Program-made: the position numbers and the translations under genes
Shown: piece after piece, positions 44,420 to 58,800 of the stretch
Layout of the letters: every line of letters starts with the position of its first letter
How positions within the stretch are numbered: position 1 is the first letter of the stretch
Assembly: GCA_009914755.4 (NCBI GenBank)
Contig: CP086569.2
Coordinates: 12,448,001-12,512,000, forward strand
DNA from: the human T2T-CHM13v2.0 reference genome, Homo sapiens
DNA: 64,000 nt
Reading direction: 5' to 3'
The notes under the pieces: generated by a model
What the model was told of the DNA's origin: nothing
Database searches by the model: none
What the model saw: the letters and a program-made list of their open reading frames with translations, nothing else

Positions 44420-47400
44420 GGATTAGAAAACAATGGGCTCGAATGGAATTTAATCAAGTCGAATTTAATGGAATGGAATGGAATGCAAAACTATGGAATA
44501 GCATCAAATGGAATGGAACAGAATAGAGTGGAATGGAATGGAATACACAGGTATAGAACAGACTCGAATGTAATGGATTGCAATGTAAGTGATTCAAAGG
44601 GAATGGAATCAAATGGAATATAATCAAATGGAATGGAATGGAGTGCATTGGAATGGAATAAAATGGAATGCAAACAATGGTACAGAACTCATTTGAATGT
44701 AGAGGAATGGAATCGAATGCAATGGAAAAGAATGGAATGGACACGAATGGAATGGATTGGAAACAAATGGAATGGAAAGGATTTTAATCATACAGAACAA
44801 AATAGAATGCAATGGACTCGAATGAAATGGAGTCGAAGAGAATAGTATCAAATGGAAAGGAATGGAATGCAATCGAATCGAATGGAATGTTAATGAAATT
44901 AATTGAAAGGAATAGAATGGAATGAAGTGTAACGGAAAGATATCGAATTGAATGGAATGGACACAAACGGAATGGACTGGAATGGAATGAACTCGAAAGG
45001 AATGGAATGGAGCGGAACGGACTCGAGTGCAATGGAATCGAATGGTATAGAATAGAATGGAATGGAATGGAAAGGAATAGAAGGGAATGGAATCGGATCC
45101 AACGGGACAGATTGGAATGGGGTAGAATTGAATAGAATCGAATGGAATGGCATCGAATGTAATGGAATGGAATGGACTCGAATGGAATGGAGTGACATGT
45201 AATGGAATCGAAAGGAATGGAATCGAATGAAATGGAATTGAATGGAATAGAAAGGAATAGAATGGAATGGAGTTTAATGGAAAGATATTAAAAGTAATGG
45301 AATGGAATTGAGTGGACACGAATGGAATGGACTGGAATGGAAAGGACTCGAATGAAATGGAGCGCATTAGAATGGACTCGAATGGAATGGATTGGAGTGG
45401 AATGGTCTCGAATGGATTGGAAACGAATGGAATGGAAAGGAGTAGAATGGAATGTAATCAAATGGAACGAAATGGAATGGAATGGATTCGACTGGAACAG
45501 AATTGAATGGAGTGGAATTGATTGGAATGGAATGCAATCGAATGGAATGAACACGAATGGAATAGAATGAAATGAAATGGCATAGAATGGAATGGAATGG
45601 AATGGAATGGAAGGGAATGGAATGGCATGGCATGGAATGTGATGGAATGGAATGAAATTGATTGGAATGGGATGGGCCCAAAAGTAAAGGACTCAAATAA
45701 AAGGGACTCAAATAGAATGAATTGGAAAGAAACGGTCTCGAATGTAATTCATTCGAATGGAATGATATAGAATGGAATGCAATAGTATGGAATGGTATCG
45801 AATAGAATGGAATAGAATGGAATGGAATGGAACGGAATGGAGTGCATTTGAACGGACTCAAATGCAATAAATTGCAATATAATTGATTCAAATGGAATGG
45901 AATCGAATAGAATGTAAACAAACGGAATGGAAGGCAATGCAATGGAAAGGAATCGAATGAAATGGACCCGAGTGGAATGGACTCACATAGTACAGCCTTG
46001 AATGTAATGGATGACAATGTATTAGATTCGAAAGGACTGAAATCGAATGGAATGTAATCAAATAGAACGGAATTGAATGCATGGAATGGCATAGAAAGTA
46101 ATGCAATGGAATGGAATAGACTGGAATGGAATGGAATCGGATGGAATGTAATGAAATGTAATGGAAGGAATGCCATGGAATGGAATGGAATGGAATGCAA
46201 TGGGCCGGTGTATAATGGAGTGCAATGGAATTCAGTGGAATGTAGTCAATAGGAATGAAATAGAATGGAATTCAATATAAGGGAATGGCATCCAATGGCA
46301 AGGAATGGAGTGGACTACAATGGAAACAACATGAAAGGAATATAATATAATGGAATGGCATTGAACGAAATGGAAAGCAATGGAGTTAAAAGGTAAGATA
46401 TCGAATGGAAAAGAATTGAATGGACTCGAATGGAATATAACGGAATGGAATGGACTCGAATGGAATGTACTAGAGTTGAATGGAATCGAATGGAATGGAA
46501 AACAATGGAAAGGAAAGGAAGGGAATTGAAAGGAAAGGAATAGAATGGAATGGAATCGGATAGAACGGAATTGAATGGAATGGATACTAAAGGAATAGAA
46601 TAGAAAGGAATGGCATTGAATGGAATGGAATGGAATGGAATCAGATGGAACAGAAAGGAATGGAATAGAATCGAATGGTATGGCATTGAATGGATTGGAA
46701 TGGAAAGGAATGGAATGGACTCGAATGGAATGTACTCAAATGGAATAGAATAGAATGGAATGGAAGTAAATATAATGGACTCGAATGGAATGGATTGGAA
46801 TAAATTGGAATTGAATGTATTGGATTCGATTGGAAAGGAATGGAATGGAATGGAATGGATTCGAATGGAATGGAATCGAATGGAATGGGACGAATTGGAA
46901 TGTAATTGAATGGCGTCGAAAACAGTAGAAAGAAATGAAGTTTAATCGAATGATATCGAATGGAATTGAATGGAATGTACGCGAATGGAATGGACTGGAA
47001 TGGAATGGACTCTATGGGAATGAAGAGGAATGGAATGGACTCGAATGTCATGGAGACGATTGGAATGGAAAGGAATGCAAAGGAATGGAATGGAATGGAA
47101 TCTGATGCATCGCAATGGAATGGAATGGGGTCGAATGGAATAGAATCGAAAGGAATGGCATCCAATGGAATGGAAACGAATTGAATGGAATGGCATGGAA
47201 TGGAATGGAAAGGAATATAATGGAAAGGAATCGGATGGAACGGAATGGAATGTAATGGAGTCGAATGGAATAGAATCTAATAGAATTGCATTGATAGTAA
47301 TGGAATCGAACGGACTCGAAAGGATTGGAGCCTAACAGAAGAGAATCGAACAGAATAGCATCAAATGGAATGGAAATGAATGGAATGGAATGGAATGGAA

Positions 47401-48260
47401 TGGAATGGAATGGAATGGAATGGAATGGATACACATGTAATGGACTTGAATGGAATGGAATCAAATAGAATGGACGCGAATGGAATGGTCTCGAATGGAA
47501 TTTATGAAAATAGAATGGAATCGAAATTCATTGAACATTATGGAATGGAATCAAATGGAATGAAATCGAATGGAAGGAACCGGAATGGAATGTACTGGAA
47601 TAGAACGGACTCGAATGTTACGGAAAGAAAAGTAAGTGATTCGGATGTCTTTTAATTGAATGGAATGAAATCAAATGGAATGGAAAGGAATAAAATGGAA
47701 TGGAATGAAATAGAATGCAATAGAATGGAAGGGAGTGGAGTCGAGTTGAATGGAATCGAATTGAATGGAATAGAATGGAATAGAATCAAATGGAATGGAT
47801 TCGAATGCAATGGAACCGAATGGAATGGACTGGAACATAATGGAATCGAAAGGAATGGAAAGGAATTGAATGCAATGGAAAGCAATGGAATCGAATGTAA
47901 TGGAGTCGTATGTAGTGGAGTCGAATGGAATGGAATCAAATGGAAGGAAAAGAATACAATCGAATGGAATAGAATAGAATGCAACAGAATGAAACGGAGT
48001 GGAATCGAGTGGGATGGAATAGAATTGAATGGAATGGAAAGGAATGGAATCGAATGGAATGGAATCGAATGGAATGGAACCGAATGGAATGGAATGGAAC
48101 AAAATGGAATTGAACAGATTAGAATCGAATGGATCCGAATCGAATGGAATGGAATATAATGGAATGGAATGGAATGGAATGGAATGGAATGGAATGGAAT
48201 GGAATGGAATGGAATGGACCCAAAGGTAATGAACTCTAATGAAATGGACTTTAATAGAAT
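44420..48260. repeat. HOR copy 9, short form (3841 bp), with a 10-bp (two-pentamer) deletion near 44941
   Basis: Marker at 44420. tatcgaattgaatggaatggacacaaacgg here, against tatcgaattgaatggaattgaatggaatggacacaaacgg in other copies. This fuses the artefact ORFs into 44624..45367. The terminal (ggaat)n tract is expanded (48151-48222). Confidence 0.9.
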
Positions 48261-51200
48261 GGATTAGAAAACAATGGGCTCGAATGGAATTTAATCAAGT
48301 CGAATTTAATGGAATGGAATGGAATGCAAAACTATGGAATAGCATCAAATGGAATGGAACAGAATAGAGTGGAATGGAATGGAATACACAGGAATAGAAC
48401 AGACTCGAATGTAATGGATTGCAATGTAAGTGATTCAAAGGGAATGGAATCAAATGGAATATAATCAAATGGAATGGAATGGAGTGCATTGGAATGGAAT
48501 AAAATGGAATGCAAACAATGGTACAGAACTCATTTGAATGTAGAGGAATGGAATCGAATGCAATGGAAAAGAATGGAATGGACACGAATGGAATGGATTG
48601 GAAACAAATGGAATGGAAAGGATTTTAATCATACAGAACAAAATAGAATGCAATGGACTCGAATGAAATGGAGTCGAAGAGAATAGTATCAAATGGAAAG
48701 GAATGGAATGCAATCGAATCGAATGGAATGTTAATGAAATTAATTGAAAGGAATAGAATGGAATGAAGTGTAACGGAAAGATATCGAATTGAATGGAATT
48801 GAATGGAATGGACACAAACGGAATGGACTGGAATGGAATGAACTCGAAAGGAATGGAATGGAGCGGAACGGACTCGAGTGCAATGGAATCGAATGGTATA
48901 GAATAGAATGGAATGGAATGGAAAGGAATAGAAGGGAATGGAATCGGATCCAACGGGACAGATTGGAATGGGGTAGAATTGAATAGAATCGAATGGAATG
49001 GCATCGAATGTAATGGAATGGAATGGACTCGAATGGAATGGAGTGACATGTAATGGAATCGAAAGGAATGGAATCGAATGAAATGGAATTGAATGGAATA
49101 GAAAGGAATAGAATGGAATGGAGTTTAATGGAAAGATATTAAAAGTAATGGAATGGAATTGAGTGGACACGAATGGAATGAACTGGAATGGAAAGGACTC
49201 GAATGAAATGGAGCGCATTAGAATGGACTCGAATGGAATGGATTGGAGTGGAATGGTCTCGAATGGATTGGAAACGAATGGAATGGAAAGGAGTAGAATG
49301 GAATGTAATCAAATGGAACGAAATGGAATGGAATGGATTCGACTGGAACAGAATTGAATGGAGTGGAATTGATTGGAATGGAATGCAATCGAATGGAATG
49401 AACACGAATGGAATAGAATGAAATGAAATGGCATAGAATGGAATGGAATGGAATGGAATGGAATGGAATGGAATGGAATGGAATGGAAGGGAATGGAATG
49501 GCATGGCATGGAATGTGATGGAATGGAATGAAATTGATTGGAATGGGATGGGCCCAAAAGTAAAGGACTCAAATAAAAGGGACTCAAATAGAATGAATTG
49601 GAAAGAAACGGTCTCGAATGTAATTCATTCGAATGGAATGATATTGAATGGAATGCAATAGTATGGAATGGTATCGAATAGAATGGAATAGAATGGAATG
49701 GAATGGAACGGAATGGAGTGCATTTGAACGGACTCAAATGCAATAAATTGCAATATAATTGATTCAAATGGAATGGAATCGAATAGAATGTAAACAAACG
49801 GAATGGAAGGCAATGTAATGGAAAGGAATCGAATGAAATGGAATAAATGGAATGGAATCGAAGGGAAAGGACGCGAATATAATGGACTGCTAAGGAAAGG
49901 TCTCGAATCGAATTTATTCCAATAGACTGGAATATAATGGAATGCAATACTGTTGAATCGAATCGAATGGAATGGAATTGAATGGAATGGACAGGAATGG
50001 AATGAACTGGAAGTGAATGGACAAGAACGTAATATATTGCAATGTAATTTATTCAAATGGAATGGAATGCAATCGAATGGAATGGACTCGATTGGAATGG
50101 ACTGGAGTGGAATGGACTCAAATGGAATGGAAACGAATGTAATGGAATGGAACTGAAAGCCAACGAATCTACTGGAATAGAATCGAACCGAACAGAAAGG
50201 AACGAAATGGAATGGAGTGGAATGAACTCGAATGGAATGTATTCGAATGTAATGGACCTGAAAGGAATGGAATCCAATGGAATGGAATTGAATGGAATCA
50301 AAAGGAATAGAATGGAATAGAGTGTAATTAAATGATATCGAATGGAAGGGAATGGAATGAAATCGAATGGAATGCACTGGAATGGAATGGACTCGATCAG
50401 AACGGACTGGAGAGGCATGTACACAAATGAAATGGAAACGAATGGAATGGAATGAAATGTAATGGAAATGGAATTGAAAGGAACGGAATGGAATGGTATG
50501 GAATGGAATGGAATGGATTTTAATAGAATGGATTCAAATAAAATAGAATCGATTGGAATGGTATTGAATGGAAGGGACTTGAATGGAATGGAAAGCAATG
50601 GAAGATATTGGAATCGAATGGCATCGAATGAAATGGAATGGAACGGAATGGAACGGACCCGAATGGAATGGAATGGACTCAAATGTAATGGACTCGAAAG
50701 GAATCGACTGAAATATAATAGACTCGAAAAGAATGGCCTCGAGCGGAATTTATTTGAATAGACTGGAATCAAATGGAATACAATAGTATTGAATGGAATA
50801 GAATGGAATGGAATCGAATGGAATGTAATCAAATGGAATGGAACGGAATTCAATATAATAGAATAGAATGGAATGCATTGGAAAGGAGCAGAGTGGAATC
50901 GAGTGGAATGGAATCGAGTGGAATGGAATCAAAGGGAACGAAATCGAATTGAATGGACTTGAATGGAATTGACTCGAAAGGAATTGACTCGAAAGGAATG
51001 GACTGGAAGAAAAAGGAATCAAATGGACAGGAATGGAATGGAATGGAATGGACTCGAATGGAATGGAGTCAAATGCAAATGCATCGAATGGAATGGATTC
51101 AAATGGAATGCAATTGAATGGAATAGAAAGGAAGAGAATGGAATTGAGAGTAATGGAAAGATATCGATTGGAATGAAATGGAATGGAAAGGAATTGAATG

Positions 51201-54200
51201 GAAAGGAATGGACTCGGAAGAAATGGATTGGAATGGAATGGTCTCCAATGGAATGGACTGGAGTGGAACGGAATCGAATGGAATGAAAAGAATGGAACGG
51301 AATGGAACGGAAAAGAATAGAATGTTATGGAATCCGATTGGACAGAATGGAATGGAATGGAGTTTCATGAAATGGAGTCGAATAGAGTGGCATCAAAAGG
51401 AATATAATGGAACAGAGTTGACTCCAAAGGAATGGACTCGAAAGGAATGGAGACGAACCAAATTGAATCCAATGGATTGGAGTCGAACAGAATGGAATGG
51501 AATGCAATGAACTCGACTGGAGTAGAGAGGAATGCAAAGGAATAGAATGGAATGTAATCAAATGGATTGCAACTGAATGGAATCAAAAATAATAGAAAGG
51601 AATGGAGTGTAAAGGGATGATATTGAATATAATGGAATGGAATGGAATTCAATGGAATGGAGTCGAAGGAATGGACAGGAATGTAATGGACTCCAATGGA
51701 ATGGAATGGATGAAAATGGATTTGAACAGATTGGAATCGAACGGAATGGAATGCAATGGAATGGAATGGACTCGAATGGAGAAGAGACAAAGGGAATGGA
51801 AACGAATTCAATGCAATTGAAAAGAATAGAATGGAATGGCGTGTAATGGTAAGATACTAAATGGAATGGAATTGAATGGAATGGAATGGAATGGAATGGA
51901 CCCAAATGTAATGCACTCGAATGGAATATACCCAAATAGAATGGAATCAAAAGGAAAGGTCTCAAATGGAATTTATTCAATACAATGGAATCGAATGGAA
52001 TGCAATAGAATGGAATGGAATCGAATGTAATGGAATCAAATAGAATGGACCAGAATGTAATGGACTGCCATAGAACGGACTGCAGTGTAATGGATTGAAT
52101 TCTGATTCATTCAAATGCAATGGAATGGAATGGAATCCAATGGAATGGATAGGATTGTACTGGATTGGAATAGAATGGAATGCAACGGAGTGGAATGGAG
52201 TTGAATGAAGTGGAATGGAATCGATTGGAATGGAAGGGAATGGAATGGACGGGAATGGAATGGACTGGAAGAGAACAGATTCGAATATAATGGATTGCAA
52301 TGTAATTGATTCAAATGGAATGGAATCGAATGGAATGTAATAAAATTGAAGGGATTGGAGTTCAATGCAATGGAAAAGAATGGAATGCAAAGGAATGGAA
52401 AGGAACGGAGTGAAATGGAGTGTAATGGAATCGAATGGAATGAAATCGAATGGAATGGACTCAAAAGAAAGGGACGAGGGACAAAACGGAATCGAACTGA
52501 TCGGAATGGAACGGAACGGAATGGAATTGAATGGTCTCCATTGGATCGGAGTAGAACGGATTGGAATGTAATGGAATGAAATGGAATGGAAAGGATTAGA
52601 ATGGAATGGAATGGAAGGTAATGGAAAGATATCGAACGGATTGGAAGGGAATGCAATGGACCCTAATGGAATGGATTGGAATTCAACAGAAACGAATGGA
52701 ATAGACTGGAGTGAAATGGAGTCGAATGTAATTGACTGGAGTGGAATGGACTCGAAAGGAATGGACCGGAATAGAATGGACTGGAATGGATTGTACTCGA
52801 AAGGAGTGGAAAGGAATAAAATGGATTCCACCAGATTGGAATGGAACAGACTGAAATGGAATGGAATGGAATGCAACGGAACGGCTCGACTGGAATGGAG
52901 TCGAATGCAATGGAATAGAAAGGAAAGGAATTGAATGGAATTGAAAGTAATAGAATTAAATGGAGTGCAAAGGAAAGATATCGAATGGAATGGATCGAAA
53001 AGAAATAGAATGGAATGGACAGGAAAGGAATGGAATAGAATGGAATAGACTGGCGTGCAACGAAAACGAATGGAATGGAAAGGAATGGAGTACAATAAAT
53101 ACAATGTAATGTAATGGAATGGAATTTAATGGAATGGAATGGAATGGAATGGAATGGAGGCGAAAGGAAAAGAATGGATTGGAATGTCAACGAATGGAAA
53201 GATATGGAATGGAAAGGAGTGGATACGAATGGAATGGAATAGAAAGGAACGGAAAGGTAAAGAATGGAATGGAATCGGATAGAATGGAATGCAATGTAAT
53301 GGAGTCGATTGGAAAATAATCGAGTAGAATGATATCGAATGGAATGGAATTTAATGGAACGGAATGGAATGGAATGGACTCGAATGGAATGTGCTCAAAT
53401 GGATTAGAATAGAATGGAATGGAATTAAACGTAATGAACTCGAATGGAATGGACACAAATAGAATGGAAGAGAAAGGAATGGTATTGAATGGAATTTATT
53501 CGAATAGAATGGAATTCAATGGAATGCAACAGTGTGGCATGGAATCTAATGGAATGGAATCGAATGGAATGGACCCGAGTGGAATGGACTCACATAGAAC
53601 AGCCTCGAATGTAATGGATGACAATGTATTAGATTCGAAAGGACTGAAATCGAATGGAATGTAATCAAATAAAACGGAATTGAATGCATGGAATGGCATA
53701 GAAAGTAATGCAATGGAATGGAATAGACTGGAATGGAATGGAATCGGATGGAATGTAATGAAATGTAATGGAAGGAATGCCATGGAATGGAACGGAATGG
53801 AATGCAATGGGCCGGTGTATAATGGAGTGCAATGGAATTCAGTGGAATGTAGTCAATAGGAATGAAATAGAATGGAATTCAATATAAGGGAATGGCATCC
53901 AATGGCAAGGAATGGAGTGGACTCCAATGGAAACAACATGAAAGGAATATAATATAATGGAATGGCATTGAACGAAATGGAATGCAATGGAGTTAAAAGG
54001 TAAGATATCGAATGGAAAAGAATTGAATGGACTCGAATGGAATGTAGTAGAGTTGAATGGAATGGAATGGAATGGAAAACAATGGTAAGGAAAGGAAGTT
54101 AATTGAAAGGAAAGGAATAGAATGGAATGGAATCGGATAGAAAGGAATTGAATGGAATGGAATCTAAAGGAATAGAATAGAAAGGAATGGCATTGAATGG

Positions 54201-55857
54201 AATGGAATGGAATGGAATCAGATGGAACAGAAAAGAATGGAATGGAATCGAATGGTATGGCATCGAATGGATTGGAATGGAATGGAATGGAATGGAAAGG
54301 AATGGAATGGACTCGAATGGAATGTACTCAAATGGAATAGAATAGAATGGAATGGAAGTAAATATAATGGGCTCGAATGGAATGGATTGGAATAAATTGG
54401 AATTGAATGTATTGGATTCGAATGGAAAGGAATGGAATGGAATGGAATGGAATGGATTCGAATGGAATGGAATCGAATGGAATGGAACGAATTGAAATGT
54501 AATTGAATGGCGTCGAAAACCGTAGAGAGAAATGAAGTTTAATCGAATGATATCGAATGGAATTGAATGGAATGTACGCGAATGGAATGGACTGGAATGG
54601 AATGGACTCTATGGGAATGAAGAGGAGTGGAATGGACTCGAATGTCATGGAGACGATTGGAATGGAAGGGAATGCAAAGGAATGGAATGGAATGGAATCT
54701 GATGCATCGCAATGGAATGGAATGGGGTCGAATGGCATAGAATCGAAAGGAATGGCATCCAATGGAATGGAAACGAATTGAATGGAATGGCATGGAATGG
54801 AATGGAAAGGAATATAATGGAAAGGAATCGGATGGAACGGAATGGAATGTAATGGAGTCAAATGGAATAGAATCTAATAGAATTGCATTGATAGGAATGG
54901 AATCGAACGGACTCGAAAGGATTGGAGCCTAACAGAAGAGAATCGAACAGAATAGCATCAAATGGAATGGAAATGAATGGAATGGAATGGAATGGAATGG
55001 AATGGAATGGAATGGAATGGACACACATGTAATGGACTTGAATGGAATGGAATCAAATAGAATGGACGCGAATGGAATGGTCTCGAATGAAATTTATGAA
55101 AATAGAATGGAATTGAAAGTCATTGAACATTATGGAATGGAATCAAATGGAATGAAATCGAATGGAAGGAACCGGAATGGAATGTACTGGAATAGAACGG
55201 ACTCGAATGTTACGGAAAGAAAAGTAAGTGATTCAGATGTCTTTTAATTGAATGGAATGAAATCAAATGGAATGGAAAGGAATAAAATGTAATAGAAAGT
55301 AATAGAATGCAATAGAATGGAAGGGAGTGGAGTCAAGTTGAATGGAATCGAATTGAATGGAATAGAATGGAATAGAATCAAATGGAATGGATTCGAATGC
55401 AATGCAACCGAATGGAATGGACTGGAACATAATGGAATCGAACGTATTGGAATCGAAAGGAATGGAAAGGAATTGAATGCAATGGAATCGAATGTAATGG
55501 AGTCGTATGTAGTGGAGTCGAATGGAATGGAATCAAATGGAAGGAAAAGAATACAATCGAATGGAATAGAATAGAATGCAACAGAATGAAACGGAGTGGA
55601 ATCGAGAGGAATGGAATAGAATTGAATGGAATGGAAAGGAATGGAATCGAATGGAATGGAATCGAATGGAATGGAACCAAATGGAATGGAATGGAACAAA
55701 ATGGAATTGAACAGATTAGAATCGAATGGATCCGAATCGAATGGTATGGAATATAATGGAATGGAATGGAATGGAATGGAATGGAATGGAATGGAATGGA
55801 ATGGAATGGAATGGACCCAAATATAATGAACTCTAATGAAATGGACTTTAATAGAAT
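48261..55857. repeat. HOR copy 10, long form (7597 bp), the most diverged copy
   Basis: Marker at 48261. Extra segment at about 49843..53573 (direct repeats 49818-49842 and 53549-53573). There are additional small deletions around 54010-54060 and g-region differences (55244..55699). Confidence 0.85.
49843..53573. other. Long-form-specific segment (~3.73 kb) in HOR copy 10
   Basis: Collinear with the other long-form segments but with more substitutions and indels (artefact ORFs 50053..50853, 51977..53104). Confidence 0.8.
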
Positions 55858-58800
55858 GGATTAGAAAACAATGGGCTCAAATGGAATTTAATCAAGTCGA
55901 GTTTAATGGAATGGAATGGAATGCAAAACTATGGAATAGCATCAAATGGAATGGAACAGAATAGAGTGGAATGGAATGGAATACACAGGTATAGAACAGA
56001 CTCGAATGTAATGGATTGCAATGTAAGTGATTCAAAGGGAATGGAATCAAATGGAATATAATCAAATGGAATGGAATGGAGTGCATTGGAATGGAATAAA
56101 ATGGAATGCAAACAATGGTACAGAACTCATTTGAATGTAGAGGAATGGAATCGAATGCAATGGAAAAGAATGGAATGGACACGAATGGAATGGATTGGAA
56201 ACAAATGGAATGGAAAGGATTTTAATCATACAGAACAAAATAGAATGCAATGGACTCGAATGAATTGGAGTCAAAGAGAATAGTATCAAATGGAAAGGAA
56301 TCAAATGCAATCGAATCGAATGGAATGTTAATGAAATTAATTGAAAGGAATAGAATGGAATGAAGTGTAATGGAAAGATATCGAACTGAATGGAATTGAA
56401 TGGAATGGACACAAACGGAATGGACTGGAATGGAATGAACTCGAAAGGAATGGAATGGAGCGGAACGGACTCGAGTGCAATGGAATCGAATGGTATAGAA
56501 TAGAATGGAATGGAATGGAAAGGAATAGAAGGGAATGGAATCGGATCCAACGGGACAGATTGGAATGGGGTAGAATTGAATAGAATCGAATGGAATGGCA
56601 TCGAATGTAATGGAATGGAATGGACTCGAATGGAATGGAGTGACGTGTAATGGAATCGAAAGGAATGGAATCGAATGAAATGGAATTGAATGGAATAGAA
56701 AGGAATAGAATGGAATGGAGTTTAATGGAAAGATATTAAAAGTAATGGAATGGAATTGAGTGGACACGAATGGAATGGACTGTAATGGAAAGGACTCGAA
56801 TGAAATGGAGCGCATTAGAATGGACTCGAATGGAATGGATTGGAGTGGAATGCTCTCGAATGGATTGGAAACGAATGGAATGGAAAGGAGCAGAATGGAA
56901 TGTAATCAAATGGAACGAAGTGGAATGGAATGGATTCGACTGGAACAGAATTGAATGGAGTGGAATTGATTGGAATGGAATGCAATCGAATGGAATGAAC
57001 ACGAATGGAATAGAATGAAATGAAATGGCATAGAATGGAATGGAATGGAATGGAATGGAATGGAATGGAATGGGATGGCATGGAATGTAGTAGAATGGAA
57101 TGAAATTGATTGGAATGGGATGGGCCCAAAAGTAAAGGACTCAAATAAAAGGGACTCAAATAGAATGAATTGGAATGAAACGGTGTGGAATGTAATTCAT
57201 TCGAATGGAATGATATTGAATGGAATGCAATAGTATGGAATGGTATCGAATAGAATGGAATAGAATGGAATGGAATGGAACGGAATGGAGTGCATTTGAA
57301 CGGACTCAAATGCAATAAATTGTAATATAATTGATTCAAATAGAATGGAATCGAATAGAATGTAAACAAACGGAATGGAAGGCAATGCAATGGAAAGGAA
57401 TCGAATGAAATGGAATAAATGGAATGGAATCGAAGGGAAAGGACGCGAATGTAATGGACTGTTAAGGAAAGGTCTCGAATCGAATTTATTCCAATAGAAT
57501 GGAATCGAATGGAATGCAATACTATTGAATCGAATGGAATAGAATGGAATGGAATGGAATGGACAGGAATGGAATGAAATGGAAGTGAATCGACAAGAAC
57601 GTAATATATTGCAATGTAATTTATTCAAATGGAATGGAATGCAATCGAATGGAATGGACTCGATTGGAATGGACTGGAGTGGAATGGACTCAAATGGAAT
57701 GGAAACGAATGTAATGGAATGGAACTGAAAGCCAAGGAATCTACTGGAATAGAATCGAACGGAACAGAAAGGAATGAAATCTAATGGAGTGGAATGGACT
57801 CGAATGGAATGTATTCAAATGTAATGGACCTGAAAGGAATGGAATCCAATGGAATGGAATTGAATGGAATCAAAAGGAATAGAATGGAATAGAGTGTAAT
57901 TGAATGATATCGAATGGAAGGGATTAGAATGAAATCGAATGGAATGCACTGGAATTGAATGGACTCAATCAGAACGGACTGGAGAGGCATGTACACAAAT
58001 GAAATGGAAACGAATGGAATGGAATGAAATGGAATGGAAATGGAACTGAAAGGAACGGAATGGAATGGCATGGAATGGAATGGAATGGAATGGATTGGAA
58101 TAGAATGGATTCAAATAAAATAGAATCGGTAGGAATGGTACTGAATGGAAGGGACTTGAATGGAATGGAAAGCAATGGAAGATAGTGGAATCGAATGGCA
58201 TCGAATGAAATGGAATGGAACGGAATGGAACGGACCCGAATGGAATGGAATGGACTCAAATGTAATGGACTCAAAAGGAATCGACTGAAATATAATAGAC
58301 TCGAAAAGAATGGCCTCGAGCGGAATTTATTTGAATAGAATGGAATCAAATGGAATACAATAGTATTGAATGGAATAGAATGGAATGGAATCGAATGGAA
58401 TGTAACCAAATGGAATGGAACGGAATTCAATATAATGGAATAGAATGGAATGCATTGGAAAGGAGCAGAGTGGAATCGAGTGGAATGGAATCGAGTGGAA
58501 TGGAATCAAAGGGAACGAAATCGAATTGAATGGACTTGAATGGAATTGAGTCGAAAGGAATTGACTCGAAAGGAATGGACTGGAAGAAAAAGGAATCAAA
58601 TGGACAGGAATGGAATGGAATGGAATGGACTCGAATGGAATGGAGTCAAATGCAAACGCATTGAATGGAATGGATTCAAATGGAATGCAATTGTTTGGAA
58701 TAGAAAGGAAGAGAATGGAATTGAGAGTAATGGAAAGATATGGATTGGAATGAAATGTAATGGAAAGGAATTGAATGGAAAGGAATGGACTCGGAAGAAA

